Assembly: GCA_051313645.2 (NCBI GenBank)
Contig: JBNRSN020000008.1
Coordinates: forward strand, 66,650,001-66,714,000
Source of the DNA: Centroscyllium fabricii
Lineage: Eukaryota
Reading direction: 5' to 3'
Length of the DNA: 64,000 nucleotides
Shown: positions 10,426 to 22,930 of the stretch, piece by piece
Layout of the letters: every line of letters begins with the position of its first letter
Numbering within the stretch: position 1 is the first letter of the stretch
The notes under the pieces: model-generated
Told to the model about the DNA's origin: nothing
What the model saw: the letters and a program-made list of their open reading frames with translations, nothing else
The model's database searches: none
Translations under genes and position numbers: made by a program

Positions 10426-13093
10426 CCAAGAATTTATGGGCTATTAAGTGATTGGAATTGTTACAGGAAAATTGGTAAGATTTTAGAACAAATTTTAACA
10501 ATGTGGAATATAGCTACCACTCAGTTTCTTGGTGTAACTACAGTTTGTTGAAGATTACATGAGCTTGACTGTATTGATGCAGTTGTTGAGTTCCTAAATA
10601 ATGTGAGAATGATTATTGGCAGAAATTGATTTATTTAGAATGCATGGCTAGGACATTTTAATGAGAATAAGACCACTGAATAATCAAACATTAAAGGAAT
10701 TAGCAGCCCAGCAATTTCTACTTGTATGTCAAACCTTTGTTGAGATGCAGATGTGCGTAAAAAAACTGCAGGCTTATTCTAGTAGAGGCTGGCATGCACC
10801 CATGATCTAACTGACCGTGTAACTCTTTTTGCATGCTAGTTCTTACGAATACACTTGCATTTTTAACTTGAAACACTGCAATTATTTGAGAACACAAAGG
10901 CCCCTTTAAAAATGATAAACACATTCTCCCACCGCAGTTCGATTTAATAAATGTAATATTGGCACTGTAGGAGTAAGTTTATGAAGTTCTCCCAAACCCA
11001 TTAAGATATGCTACATCTTCAGGAAATAAATTCTGGTCAGGATGTAATTAGCAAACTAGAAGTGTTGGATATTTCGTGCACTCTTCAAATACTCTCCCTA
11101 ATTAGATATAAAAGCAGAAAATGCTGGAAATACTCAGGTCAGGCAGCATCTGTGGAGAGAGAAACAGAGTTAACATTTCAGGTCGATGACCTTTCATCAA
11201 TGCCAACTTGCTAAATAGACGGAAAGTTACCATTATGCTACTTGCATTGTGCATCTGATCTGAGCCCAAGTCATTTGAAGTCTTTTGACATTTCTACAAA
11301 TTTTAGATCTTTAAATCTACCAAGAATTCACCTCTAGCTTCCACCACCAACATTTCCTTCTCAATTTAGGTGAAAATCGAAGATTTTTTTAGATGGGCAG
11401 TGCATTGAATGGTTCAGAATTTTAAAAGTGCATTTTCAAAATGTGCAATTTGATTTTTTTGACAAGGAAGCAGATACTAGTGAAGCATTTTAAGTTACAA
11501 AGTGGCAATTGGGGTTGAAACAATTAACTGTGGTACATAAAGCTTTTAAATACAATGACAGACTTAAATAGAAGTCCTCAGAAGCGAGATCTGAGATTTA
11601 AAAAATGTATAATTCTACCAGTCAGCAAGTAACTGACTTTTACCAAACATTACCTCACCACACATGCTATCTCAAAGCACTAAAGATTAAACAAGCAGCC
11701 CAAGGAATATAAACTGGGTGAAAAACAGCACAATTCATGTTGACATTCATAGGGTTGACAAAAAAATCCTAATCTTCGAAGACTATGTTCTTTTAATACA
11801 ATTCACCTGTGAATTATGTAGAAGCACTGCTCCCCCCCAAAAATTCTGGATCATACTAATCTTTATATGGGATTTAATGCTAAATACAATACTTGAATCA
11901 ATTTAACACACTGAATTAGAAGGTTTCTCAATTCTTTGCCTTTGGATACATAATGAGCTATAGAACAGACAGCCAAGATCTAAAAAAATAACTGCAAACA
12001 TTAAGTCTGCCTTTGGTTTGTTGTGGAGACCCTAGAAAAGGGCAAAATATATGAGGCAAAAGGTCTGTGTTGAAGCCCATGGGACCAAAACATTCCTGTA
12101 AATGGGTGAGACATTGCAGGCAAGAAAATTGTTTATAATTGGGAGGGTCGTTATTTTTCCCCCGTACATGATGAATGATTATTAGACTTCCAAATGTAAA
12201 TATGAGTTTTATTTGGCAAATGTTGCACTTGCATTTGTGTCGTTAACAGTACTAAGTTATATTGGTCACTCATGTACACATGTTCAAAGACAGAGAGTGA
12301 TTAGCAGCTGGAAGATGGTGTATTTCCTTTCACTGAAGGCACTGATGTGCTCAGCCTTTTTAATTAGAAGCAAATTAGTTCTACAGGAAGCAGTTTCTCG
12401 TCAATGAAAAAAATCAGCTAACCCAAACAAAAACAATTAATAGACCTCTCACTATGGCTGCCAGAGTTGACATTAGGCCAGCATGAGAAAATAGCTCAAC
12501 AAAAAATGGATCAGTAAAATGATTATTAGGCAAAGAAAAGTTTACGTGTGGAATTGCACAAAACTATTTATTGGCCTCATCATGGAGTAAAACTGAACTG
12601 TTGTACTTATCTCAACTCTGATGCTTCGCAGTTATTTTAAACACATGCATATATGTAGACAGCATCCATCATATAATGGATCCCAGTTTCTACCTGGAGA
12701 GTCAGCATAAAGCAACACAGTACATCAGCAAGATCAATCGAGGCACATTATTTCTACAGGTTTTATGTTCGTAGTATGAGAATTGAGAATGCACCAGCAA
12801 CCTATTAAGTTATGGGCGTGCTATCCCAAAAGCTTAAAGGATTTTTGTCAAAACTAATTTATGAACTGATAGTGGTACAGGCAAGATACTTCAACTTACT
12901 AAATTCACTTCTTGCAGGCTACAAATAAAACCTATTGTTTCTGTGCAAGAACCCAACAACTTAAACGATTCATTCTAAAAATCAGATCTTGAAAGAAGTG
13001 AGCTAACCCTCTTTCATGGTTCAATTATAGTTAATTTTGGGACAAGATGGCATAGGGAAGAGAAATTGACACAGCGGAAACCACTAACAGATA

Positions 13094-13822
13094 GGCTCAA
13101 ACTTTGCAGTGGGTAATGACGGCAAACTGTCAGCGTTCGCCATCATTACCCCTGAAACTGACCGCAACTTCAGGATTTAGCACATGTACATCTAAACGTG
13201 GAAATTTTTAAGTTGTGGTCATTCTGAGTTTTGGTCAGTCATTCACTGCTCGGACACGGGCTGCGCTTTGGACCCCTCCTCCCCCATTGCAGACAATCCG
13301 TGAAATCAGTGGAACTGATTGAGCTTTTCTGCGCTAATATTGCTTTTAAATATCCCATTAAATGTTAAGCCGTGTTGGAATAGGTGTAATTGGGGCTTTA
13401 ACAGTGTATTGACTACTAAACCACTGCTCTGGCCCTGAAAAATTATTTTTTATATTTGTGGTGTGTCAGATTTCTCCATTATAATTAGAATCACAATCAT
13501 TTTAAACACATTTTTTTAAAGATTGTTCATATGTCAACTACCTTAACCGCAGTGTTTGTCCTCATTTTTATTTCGCTAACATTTTTTAAAAGTGCAGATA
13601 ATTCAGTGCTTTTCTTGGTTTGCTGTCTGAGAATTCTTCAACGTGATTGGCTGCTTAGACAGCTTGTTGATGTTACTGCAGCTCTTCGCTGCAGACTCCT
13701 TATACAGTGCTACAATCAATTGCACGTCGAGAAAGGTAAAGTTCTTGCCACAGAGATCGCGAGATCTGTGGGCAATGTTCATCGAGTGCCTTAGTTTCGC
13801 CACTGTCCACAAATTACAGGCC
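13094..13822. mobile_element. Non-autonomous Harbinger-like element
   Basis: Degenerate GGC(C/T)...TTTG termini; internal blocks (GATTGGCTGCTTAGACAGC) shared with about 7420-8234 and 40822-42080. Confidence 0.55.
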
Positions 13823-15070
13823 ATGAATTCGTCTCTAATGCTCATAAGAGCTTCCACACATTGCCATCCATGCAGCAATCAAATTAGTAAGAAAGCAATT
13901 CATCTTTAAGATTCACCCATTCTGGTCATGGTTTATTAATTTATTTTAAGAGAAGGATATCAGACTACATGCTGCATCAGGTTACCAACTACATTGAAAT
14001 TATATGAACTAATCAATTGTTGCACCATTATTAAAAACATCTGGCTAAAATCATCCCATGGTGAGGCCAGACACCTCATCTACCGAGCTGGTCATACATG
14101 TCAAGCAGCTGTGCTTGTTGAAAACAATTTTTCCAGACTTTGTAATCACAAAACTGAAAATTAATTTCAAATTCTTAGCACCTCAACTGTTGACATCAAA
14201 AGATACAATCATGAATAGAATCAGTAGTAAAAAGAACAAATCCTTCTGATTTAAAGGCTACATACAAAAATTACTCCCCCAAAAATGAATTGAAAATACT
14301 TCAGCATTGTGCAGATCCAGGGTGACCATGTAGTCACTTCCATTAGGCATAGGAGCATTTGATATTCTCTCTGTACCAACGACGGCACTGACAAAGCTCA
14401 CCTCCGGTTGCCTGCGTCAGAGAGATGCAGAAAGTTTCATCGGGGAACTGGTACTGAGGATACAGCTATGATGCACTCCAACTCCTTTTAGTAATTATAC
14501 TTTGCGAAGGCAGCTGTGTTTATTTATGAAAGTATCGTTTGCTCCTTCCAAAATTGTTTTGCTGATCAAACCCAAAGTTTTCTGATTGTGGTTTATTTTT
14601 GACCCAAAAGATGTTTTCTTGCAGTTGATTTCAATACATTATGATCTAAATTCAGGAAAGAAATAAAACCTAAAAATTAGGCAGCCTAAAATCCACACAC
14701 AAAACATTTAATCTGTAAATACAAAGCATACCAGCTCAGCAAATATTTGTAATACTTGTTATGGACAAGCCATACTTGTGCATTGCTGCAGGGCAGTCCC
14801 AGATGGAGTGTTTATGTGATGGATAATGTGAAAATGTACACAAATGGTCTGAAAATTAAGTATGCCTTCATTACTGGTATTTTAGCATTGGCACTTAGCT
14901 GTATTTTGTGCACCCAGAAAAAAGAATTGCAAAATACTAACACTGAAACAACGTGTGAACACATGCTGGTGGTGGCAAAATGCAACACCAAGTGTTTGCT
15001 GAATTGTAAGTAAATGAGATTGTTTGCTATTTGTTTGAAGGCAGTCACTATAGAAAGTGCTTTGGACTAC

Positions 15071-15309
15071 TACAGGCTGAGCACCGTTAATCCAGCACCC
15101 TCGGGACCAGGCCAGTGAAAATTACGAACGATTGAAGCTTCGGCGAGCGCTTGCGAAGACCGGCGGCCATTTTGAATGGTCTGTGCATGCGCTCGCCGAA
15201 GCATCAAGCACGGCCATTTTGCGCATGCGCAGACCAGTCGGCCGGATTCGTTCCAGACGACTGAAGTTAGCGGATTACCGGTGTCCAGATTAACGGTGCC
15301 GGACCTGTA
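15071..15309 (-). mobile_element. Tigger/pogo-like MITE copy 3 (short)
   Basis: TACAGGCTGAGCACCGTTAATC ... GATTAACGGTGCCGGACCTGTA. Confidence 0.75.
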
Positions 15310-18300
15310 GTAGAGTAAGAGCAAATCAAATTACAACTTCAGAGATACAGGTTACATTGATGCCAAGAGTCTCAGTAACCACTCATCCTCTGATGTCACA
15401 AGAGGTCATTATCAGAGGATACTTTTGAATAAACCCTTCGACCAGCACAAACCTGCATTGGCAGTTATGAACCCATAATTGCTCGCATTTGCTTTATTAT
15501 TGGCTTAAACAGTTTTTCGATTATGAATGATACACATAAACCAAGTGCAGCGTAACAGAAAATATAGAATATGATCAGTAATAAAAAAGCAAAACTCAGG
15601 ACTGTGTTGTATCGACAGCTTGCATCACAACTGGTGAGAAAGCCGACTTAAAAATATGGAGATTAAGACAATCTAAAATGGATACCATAAAAAAGAAAAT
15701 CTATAAAATTAAAACAGAAGCACTGAAAGTAGACAGCTATAAACCCAAAATGGGAACCATAATTAGTTGCACAGCTGTTTATGTAACTGACTCAAATAAA
15801 CTGACAAGACACCAAAAAAGTGACAAAAAATCTTTTGGTTACTACATTGAATGAATATTGGTACAAACTAAGTGAGGGGTTAATTTGTTAAATATTCCAT
15901 GGTGTGTGTTTTGGGGGGGGGGGGGGGGAATGTAGGTATGCATGGGTATTGTTGTATTAGGTGGAACATCACACTGCAATATTCAGAGCTAGCCTTTACA
16001 TTAATATTCAACTTCCTTTACCAAGAGATTTTGTTTCACAGGCAGATCTGAAATTGACAGGGACAAGTTTTAATATTGGGAAGCATCAGTTGCAGCCAAT
16101 ACGAGGAAGAAACCAAGTCTAAAATATCCCCAAGTGAATGTCTGAATGCAAGTGCAAGTTTATTTGACTAACAACAGGGCAGAGCCAGTAAGATTTAACA
16201 TGAAACAATTTAAAAAGTAAAGTTCAGATATTATTCTAGATTGAAGACAGCAACAGCTTTTGTGCATTATATTTGTCTGGGTTTTGGAAGTCAATGTGGC
16301 ATAACTATCTGAAAATATAATAACGCAAGACAGGCTAAAGCACACACACTAGAGCCTGTAGGGGAGAAGGAAAGGAAATAAAAAGTAATACAATAAACTC
16401 ATGTAACATGATTTGTGAAGTCAGTGCAAATTATAATGAAGATCCTTTGTACCACTGACTGCTAGAATATTCAGTTAACAGCGAATACTGCAGTATCAAA
16501 ATATATAGCAAAGCAATTCAACTTGAAGCAGGAAATGGGGTTGCAAAACCAAAAAAAGTTAAAATATCAGATTGATGGACATATTATGGGGGGAGGTTTA
16601 GGGGGGAGGTAAGGAGAAATTTCTTTACCCAGAGGGTGGTGGAAGTCTGGAACTCCCTGCCTGTGAGGGTGGTGGAGGCAGGAACCATCACAACATTTAA
16701 AAAATACTTGGACCAGCACATGAAGGACCATAACATACAGGGTTATGGGCCAGGTGCGGGCAACTGGGGTTAGTACAGTGAGGAGTTTTTCTGGGCCGGT
16801 GCGGACTGGATGGGCCGAATGGCCCTTATCCGCACTGTAAAATTTCTATGATTCTATGATTATAAAAGTTATTACAAAATAACGGTAAACAAAAACTGAA
16901 ATGTGATAAAAGTTGGAAGTTCTAAATTATAATTTTAGGAATATTTACTTCATCCAAGGATAATCCCACTGTGGCACAGGATGCCATATACTTGTACAAT
17001 GCAAAGCAGTGGGCCACAGATCCTTCTGAAAATCTTTACATGGTCAATTTGTGCTTCAAAAAGGAATGCACCAACCAAACTGCTCATGCAGCAACTGGCA
17101 AGTAGCTAAAGAGCAGTATTAGCAGATACCTCCCTGAACCCCATGGCTTAGAAATTATTCAAAAGGTGTGTGTGATAGAGGGACTATAAAATGTTTCCAT
17201 TTGTATAACATTTTACTAGAAAACTTGTAGCTAAGCAGTAGTTTAAAAAAAAGTGTTATTTCATTAACCACTGCACTATGCTTATTAAAATACTTTTCAA
17301 AGCTCCTATATATGTAGTTTTTCTATTTGAATGATGCAGCACAGCAGTGTGTTCATTGACAGAGCAAAGAAAGACTACAGGAAACACTGTGAATAACTCA
17401 CATTTATTGATGAATTCAACTAAGAAATTTTCAATGTTAAAAAGATAATATCTGACCACGGACAGCAATTTGTTTACATTACTATTATGGCTCAAAAAGT
17501 GCTTTAGTCTCAAATAGTTAAGACCCAAACCACTCTGTTCAGTCATTAGGAACACTAGATTATCTCACAGGTTATTCTTGTGTTGCGCCCCCCCACCCCC
17601 CCCCACACAAAATAATTAGTGTTTTTCTGTAACTACAATAATTAAGATGTATATTACAATTTTCAACAGTACTATTTTGGTGCAATATCAGCCATAAAGG
17701 TCAGATAATATCTTTTTAAGGTGTTCTTGCTTGTGTAGTTGACTGCAAACCTATATATGCCTGAAAAAAAATCACATCATTAACAGTAACTTGTTCCTTT
17801 TACTTTATAATCCAAGCATACAGAAGCTGGAAAGTTAAGATGCTGATTGACACTTTGATCCCTGTAGAGTATTAAGATGTATTTAAAGTAATATTTATAG
17901 AAGCTAACCTAAAAAAATACAGCTATTACACTCGTGACTTAACTTCTCTCCTACATGAGCCTTGACAATTTTTTTTTAATGTTACATTAATAACCCAATG
18001 TAATCAAGAAACAGCACGGTGCCTGGGTAAATTACTTCAACAAGCCATGAAAATTGTTAAATGCACTTTATAGCAAAGTCAGTCATATGTAAACCTCTCT
18101 TTTTTTAAACTTTTTATACTTACAAGCAGCTCCAAACCTGAGTATTCATAGTACATCTAAACATACAAAAATGTATGTACATTTTTCTCCACTTTCTGGT
18201 AAACTAATACAGTTGTCTCTAATGTCCATTTTACATCCCTTTTGTCCTAGAAACATGCAAAATCACCATACAATAAAAGGACAAATGAAATTTAAAAAAA

Positions 18301-18696
18301 AAAATTGCACTCCTTTAAAACATGTGGCAATACGAACATGGGCTTTGACATTGCAAAACCAACATAAACTGCCACATCGGTGTGCACAACATATTAGGCG
18401 TTAAACCTTCACAAGCAGCAATCTGCCATCTTTAATTTTCAATTGCTGAAATATCGGCAAAATTAAATATGCACATTTCATGCTAGAAGTTACAGTATTT
18501 GTAATTATAATACTATGTGTAGAGCACAACCCTTTCAACATTCACCTCTGATTATGCTTACGCTAATCTCCTTTTGAAAGTGGAGAATGGGGAAGCAGTG
18601 CTCAGATCTGATGGAAGCAGTGGCAGCAATGACTTTTGTCACAGCTGGATTTAGAGGGAGCGGAATTCCAACTTCAAACACAGGCTTGAATTACAG

Positions 18697-20127
18697 CTAC
18701 ATGTTCACTCCTTGGGCACTTAAGAGTGACTCCAGCATATCGTAAGTATCTTTGTAGTCCATGTGCTGGCTGTTTGCATTGTATTCTGGATTGGCGTTGT
18801 GACCGTTGGCCTCTGTGGGTTTCCTATCCAGTTTCATGAGGGTGCTGAGTTGTCCATAGCCCACCTGGTATGTGACAGTGGGAGGAGGGGAGGAGGGAAG
18901 GTTAAGAATTAAGTTGTACGGGTATATATACTGCTTCACAGAGGAGGAAGAAGAAGAGGAAGAAGAGCTAGATGAAGTACCTGCAGTCTTGGAGGTTTTG
19001 CTCATTTTGGGATGGTGGTTGTGAGAAGTGTCACTGGCGTGCGCCCTCTTGCGTGAAGAGCTGGAGCCAGTGGAGCTGCCGTCACTGCTCAGACCTACGG
19101 GACTCCGCAAAGTTCCTCCTTTCGATCCATCAGTAGCGTGTCTACTACTCCCGCTACTGCTGCTATGCGAATGCTTGTGGCTGCTACTATAGTGATGATG
19201 GTGAGAAGAATGGTCCTTGCGTTTCTCCTTATGTTCCTTGCCTGCATGTGGACTTGTGTGCTTGCTCTTGCCACTGCCCTCATCCGAGGAGCTGTGTCTT
19301 TCTGAGGCGGGAACTTTAATTTTCATTTTTAGCTCATCCTTAGAAGCCTTTTCCGTCGGTGGGATGGGGATCCGTAATTTAAGCAAACCCTTTTCCTTTT
19401 TATCTGCTGCATGCCTCTCTGATTTTTCTGATGAAATTGGGATTTTCATTTTAATTGGTGAAGTCACAGCATTACTATTATGCTGAATTTGCTGCTGCGC
19501 TGGCACACGCTTTTTTTGTTGTTCAACCAGGGCTTGAGCAGCAGAGGCATATTGTTCTTTCACATCAGACTCCAGTGTTTCTAGTTTGCGTTTCTGTACT
19601 GCAAGTTCTGCAGCAAATTTCTCTCTATATCTGTCCAAAGCCAATTTTTGAGGAGCTGGCACAGATGGAAGGGGGAATCCGTGATGTTTGCCATTACCAG
19701 ATTTAATATGTTCGTGTTTACTAGATGAATGCCCTGAACCTTTTTCAGATCGATGGTGGCTTTGCGCTGACTGTCCAGATGTTGACTGCTGAATGCAGAT
19801 CATGTCATTTTTGTTGACAGATAAGGACATATCTTGTTTGTGAGAATGAGCCTGCTCCATGTTCTGGTGTGGATGCTGAGGCCAGTCTTGTTGGGAGGTA
19901 GAACTGAATGATGTGGTAGCCATCATTTCAGGGACGTGCGCTGGAATTGAAATACTACCAGAGTTCAATGATGCAGGTAGAGCAGTTGTGGAATTTGATT
20001 TAGGAAAAGTTGCACTTGAAGCAGGATCACCAACAGAACACGTGGATTCATGGGGCCCAGATGAACCAGGAAGAACATTATCAGCTATCTGACCATCTAT
20101 TTTTGGTTTCTTTGCAGCTTGATTAGC
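18697..20127 (-). CDS. CCNT2: Cyclin T2 last coding exon (T2b-type long form)
   Basis: ttttatag|ANQAAKKPKIDGQ...; LKLRIPIPP, His-rich tract HSSHHHHYSSSHKHSH, C-terminus MDYKDTYDMLESLLSAQGVNM typical of CCNT2b; the nine exons sum to 2202 nt = 733 aa + stop. Confidence 0.96.
   Translation of the reverse strand, partial: ANQAAKKPKIDGQIADNVLPGSSGPHESTCSVGDPASSATFPKSNSTTALPASLNSGSISIPAHVPEMMATTSFSSTSQQDWPQHPHQNMEQAHSHKQDMSLSVNKNDMICIQQSTSGQSAQSHHRSEKGSGHSSSKHEHIKSGNGKHHGFPLPSVPAPQKLALDRYREKFAAELAVQKRKLETLESDVKEQYASAAQALVEQQKKRVPAQQQIQHNSNAVTSPIKMKIPISSEKSERHAADKKEKGLLKLRIPIPPTEKASKDELKMKIKVPASERHSSSDEGSGKSKHTSPHAGKEHKEKRKDHSSHHHHYSSSHKHSHSSSSGSSRHATDGSKGGTLRSPVGLSSDGSSTGSSSSRKRAHASDTSHNHHPKMSKTSKTAGTSSSSSSSSSSSSVKQYIYPYNLILNLPSSPPPTVTYQVGYGQLSTLMKLDRKPTEANGHNANPEYNANSQHMDYKDTYDMLESLLSAQGVNM
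18865..18980 (-). other. CCNT2: Alternative (retainable) 116-nt intron inside the last CCNT2 exon; T2a/T2b switch
   Basis: CAG|GTACTT donor, CTTAAC branch-like motif, pyrimidine tract, TACCAG| acceptor; removal shifts frame to GGLWTTQHPHETG-stop (TAG 18826-18824), resembling the mammalian T2a tail. Confidence 0.75.
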
Positions 20128-20218
20128 CTATAAAAGGAAGGAAACCAAAATGAAGCTAATATTTACAAAAGTAATTAAAAATAAGACTCAAACTAAAACA
20201 ATGCAAACTGAGTTTTAC

Positions 20219-20289
20219 CCGCCAGTTTCGTATCCTCTTCAATCTGCTTGGAGTTTTCTCTAGTATTTGCAGAAATTCATGCGTTAATT
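20219..20289 (-). CDS. CCNT2: Cyclin T2 exon 8
   Basis: (E)[23 protein letters not shown]; CAG/GTAAAA boundaries. Confidence 0.96.
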
Positions 20290-21352
20290 CTGCAAGTAAA
20301 ATGCAAAATAAAGGTTAGGCCATTAAAAAAAATCTTCCTGGCAGCGGCAATTTATAGATATATAAATATAAAATACAGAAAACTTACCACGATAACGTTT
20401 ACATTTTTCCATGGTAGGTACAGTTACTTTTGTAAAAGCTTTCTGACTAATGTTCACAACTTAAGTTATTTAGCTGGAAAATGATGAGCCAGGTTTTCCT
20501 CTGTGCAGGTTGGTGCGTGCGCTAGGACCCTGCGGACACCCATCGCACGCATCAACATCGCACAGAAGTTGCTCCCTGACTTTCCTCCCCGTTCCTGCGC
20601 TGCGTGGCAGTCCAGCCATGCTAGGTGCGCAGTGTATGCCCCACCCACAGATCCCAAATTTAAATAAAAAACACCCCCAGATCCCTAATTTAAATTTAAA
20701 AATGCGCACAGATCCCGAGTCGGGCCTTTGTGAGAGCAGGGAAGTGCGGAGCTGCACTCACAGACTCGGCGGGGAGCAGCGCGGGCAGAGCAGCTTCTCA
20801 GAGGAAGAAACGCAAGTTAAGTCTGCCATTTTTTCCTCTTAGATTTTTTAATAGCTAGATAGTAAAAAAATTCAGAAATGTAACTTTAAAAATTAGCGAT
20901 TTGAAACAGGTAAATTAACGTAAAATCGGATTTGTAAATTTTTTTTTTTAAACTTTAACTTAAAAATTTAACGCTACCGATCTGGCCACATTACTCCCAA
21001 AAACTGTAAAAAATTAAAATTAAAGTAAAAAATTTTACTTACCTGCTTTAGTAACTAAGTCTTGTCCCTCATGCACGAGTTTACTACTGGTTTTTCTGGG
21101 TGCAGCTTGTGAGCCAGTTGCACACAGAATCACTCTCCAAAAATCACCCTTTTGGATTGCAAATTCTGGGTGCAACTCACTCCTGCGTTTGATGCTGAGG
21201 GCCCTTCTCCCTCAGCAGAGGAAATTCCCGTTCGTGGGCATCCCCCGTGCGTTCATCGCACGGGGCATTTCGGACCCCCCTCCGTGCGTGTGCAGCTCCT
21301 CTGGAGCAGAGGAAATTCTGGCCCATTAAAGTGTCAGAAAACAGGAACCTAG

Positions 21353-21470
21353 ATTGCAAGAAGTCACACAACACCAGATTATAGTCCAACAGTTTCTGTT
21401 GGACTATAATCTGGTGTTGTGTGACTTCTTGCAATTGTCCACCCCAGTCCAACACCGGCACCTCCACATC
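21353..21470 (+). mobile_element. Penelope-like fold-back terminal fragment
   Basis: 40-bp perfect inverted repeat (21353-21392 / 21396-21435) plus unpaired tail; flanked by direct repeat ACAGGAACCTAGAT. Confidence 0.75.
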
Positions 21471-22123
21471 ACAGGAACCTAGATAGACATGCCATTGTAT
21501 CTTTTACTGAAATCAAATGTTTTAAATGGGGCTTTTAATATACCAGCAACTGAACCTAATTTTTTTTGGAAGACGACATTTGGAAAATAGCTTTAACTTG
21601 TCCCATTTTATAGGTTTGCCATTAATCATGGTGTGCTTGTGGAATATCTGGTAGGAGACATTTAGTTAAGATGGCACCATACTACTGTCAGTCAACCAGG
21701 AGATTAATGCAATTTTGGGAAGTTTTCCAATTTTTGAATTTCACGCCAAGTGCTGGAAAAGAAGTGATGTGTATAATCTAGGGAAATTAAATTTTTTAGG
21801 ATGGTTTTTTGTACAAAACACTCCCCATTCTCTAAAATAAAACAAAAGTTTTAAGGAGATAGTTTCTGCGCTCCGCTTGCCATTTTAGGTCGTCCTCCTG
21901 AGCCACTCTGGCAACAAGTCACAGGATATAGATTTCCACCCACCACTATTAAGAATGATTAGGGCAGGGAAAGGAGAAATATGCAGTGTGCATTATCAAG
22001 GGTTGTGGCAGCTCAGCACACTCTAAAACACAGCACATCATAACAAACTTACTGCCCTGCTCTACAAAATAAAGTCTGAAAATCTAGTTTTAGCTTCAAA
22101 TTCCCTACAAATTTGCAACTAAC

Positions 22124-22287
22124 CATCAAGTAATTCCAGAGTCACAGATGGATCCACATATTCCCACCAGTGTTTCCCATCTGTGGATACAGGTATCTCC
22201 CAGTTGGACCACTTGCAAGCCAGATGAATACACACGCATGCTATCACGGTAGGTTTGTACTGTAAGCAAAATGTGGTCAGGTGCAAA
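22124..22287 (-). CDS. CCNT2: Cyclin T2 exon 7
   Basis: [54 protein letters not shown]; CAG/GTTAGT boundaries. Confidence 0.96.
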
Positions 22288-22438
22288 CTGTAGTGGAGAA
22301 TATTGATGATCGGTGGATCATGGAAAAAAATACAAGAGACAAAAAAAACAGGAAGCTATTTAGTTGCCAAGTAAAAAGAGAGACATCAATATCTGCAGCA
22401 GGTGGGTCACACTTCCAGCACAATTACTTCAGATAGAG

Positions 22439-22930
22439 CAGCGGTCCCCAACCTTTTTTGTGCCGCGGACCATTTTGAGCTGGACAATTTTTTCACGGAC
22501 CGGGGGGGGCGGGGGGAGAATGCTGGCGGGGTTATTTTCACTGAGGGGGGAGGGGGGGTGCTGGCGGTTTTTTTCATTCACAGGGGTGGGGGTGGGGGGG
22601 GGGGGGTTTGACGGACGGACGGTGCTGGCGAGGGTTTTTTGACGGACCGGGGGATGGTGCTGGTGAGGGTTTTTTCCACTGACCGGGGGTGGGGGGGGGG
22701 TTCTGGTGAGGGTTTTTTGCCGGACCCCGGGGGGGGGGGGGGGGGGGGGGGGGGGAGGTGCTGCCGAGGTTTTTTTCATGGACCGGGGTGGTGGTGCTGG
22801 CGGAGGTTTTTTCGCGGACCGGGGGGGGGGGGGGTGTGGTGGTGTGTGTGTGTGTGCGCTGGCGGGAACATTCCTTCTGCGGCTGCGGCCCGGTTAAAAT
22901 GTTCCGCGGCCCGGCGGTTGGGGACCCATG
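22439..22930. mobile_element. Non-autonomous hAT (Charlie-like) element
   Basis: TIR CAGCGGTCCCCAACC / GGTTGGGGACCCATG; perfect 8-bp TSD AGATAGAG (22431-22438 and 22931-22938); interior of repeated TTTTT..GGACCGGGGG units. Confidence 0.88.

Noticed and set aside
15913-15928. Isolated poly-G run
   Set aside because: Simple homopolymer with no supporting context; its length is unreliable.
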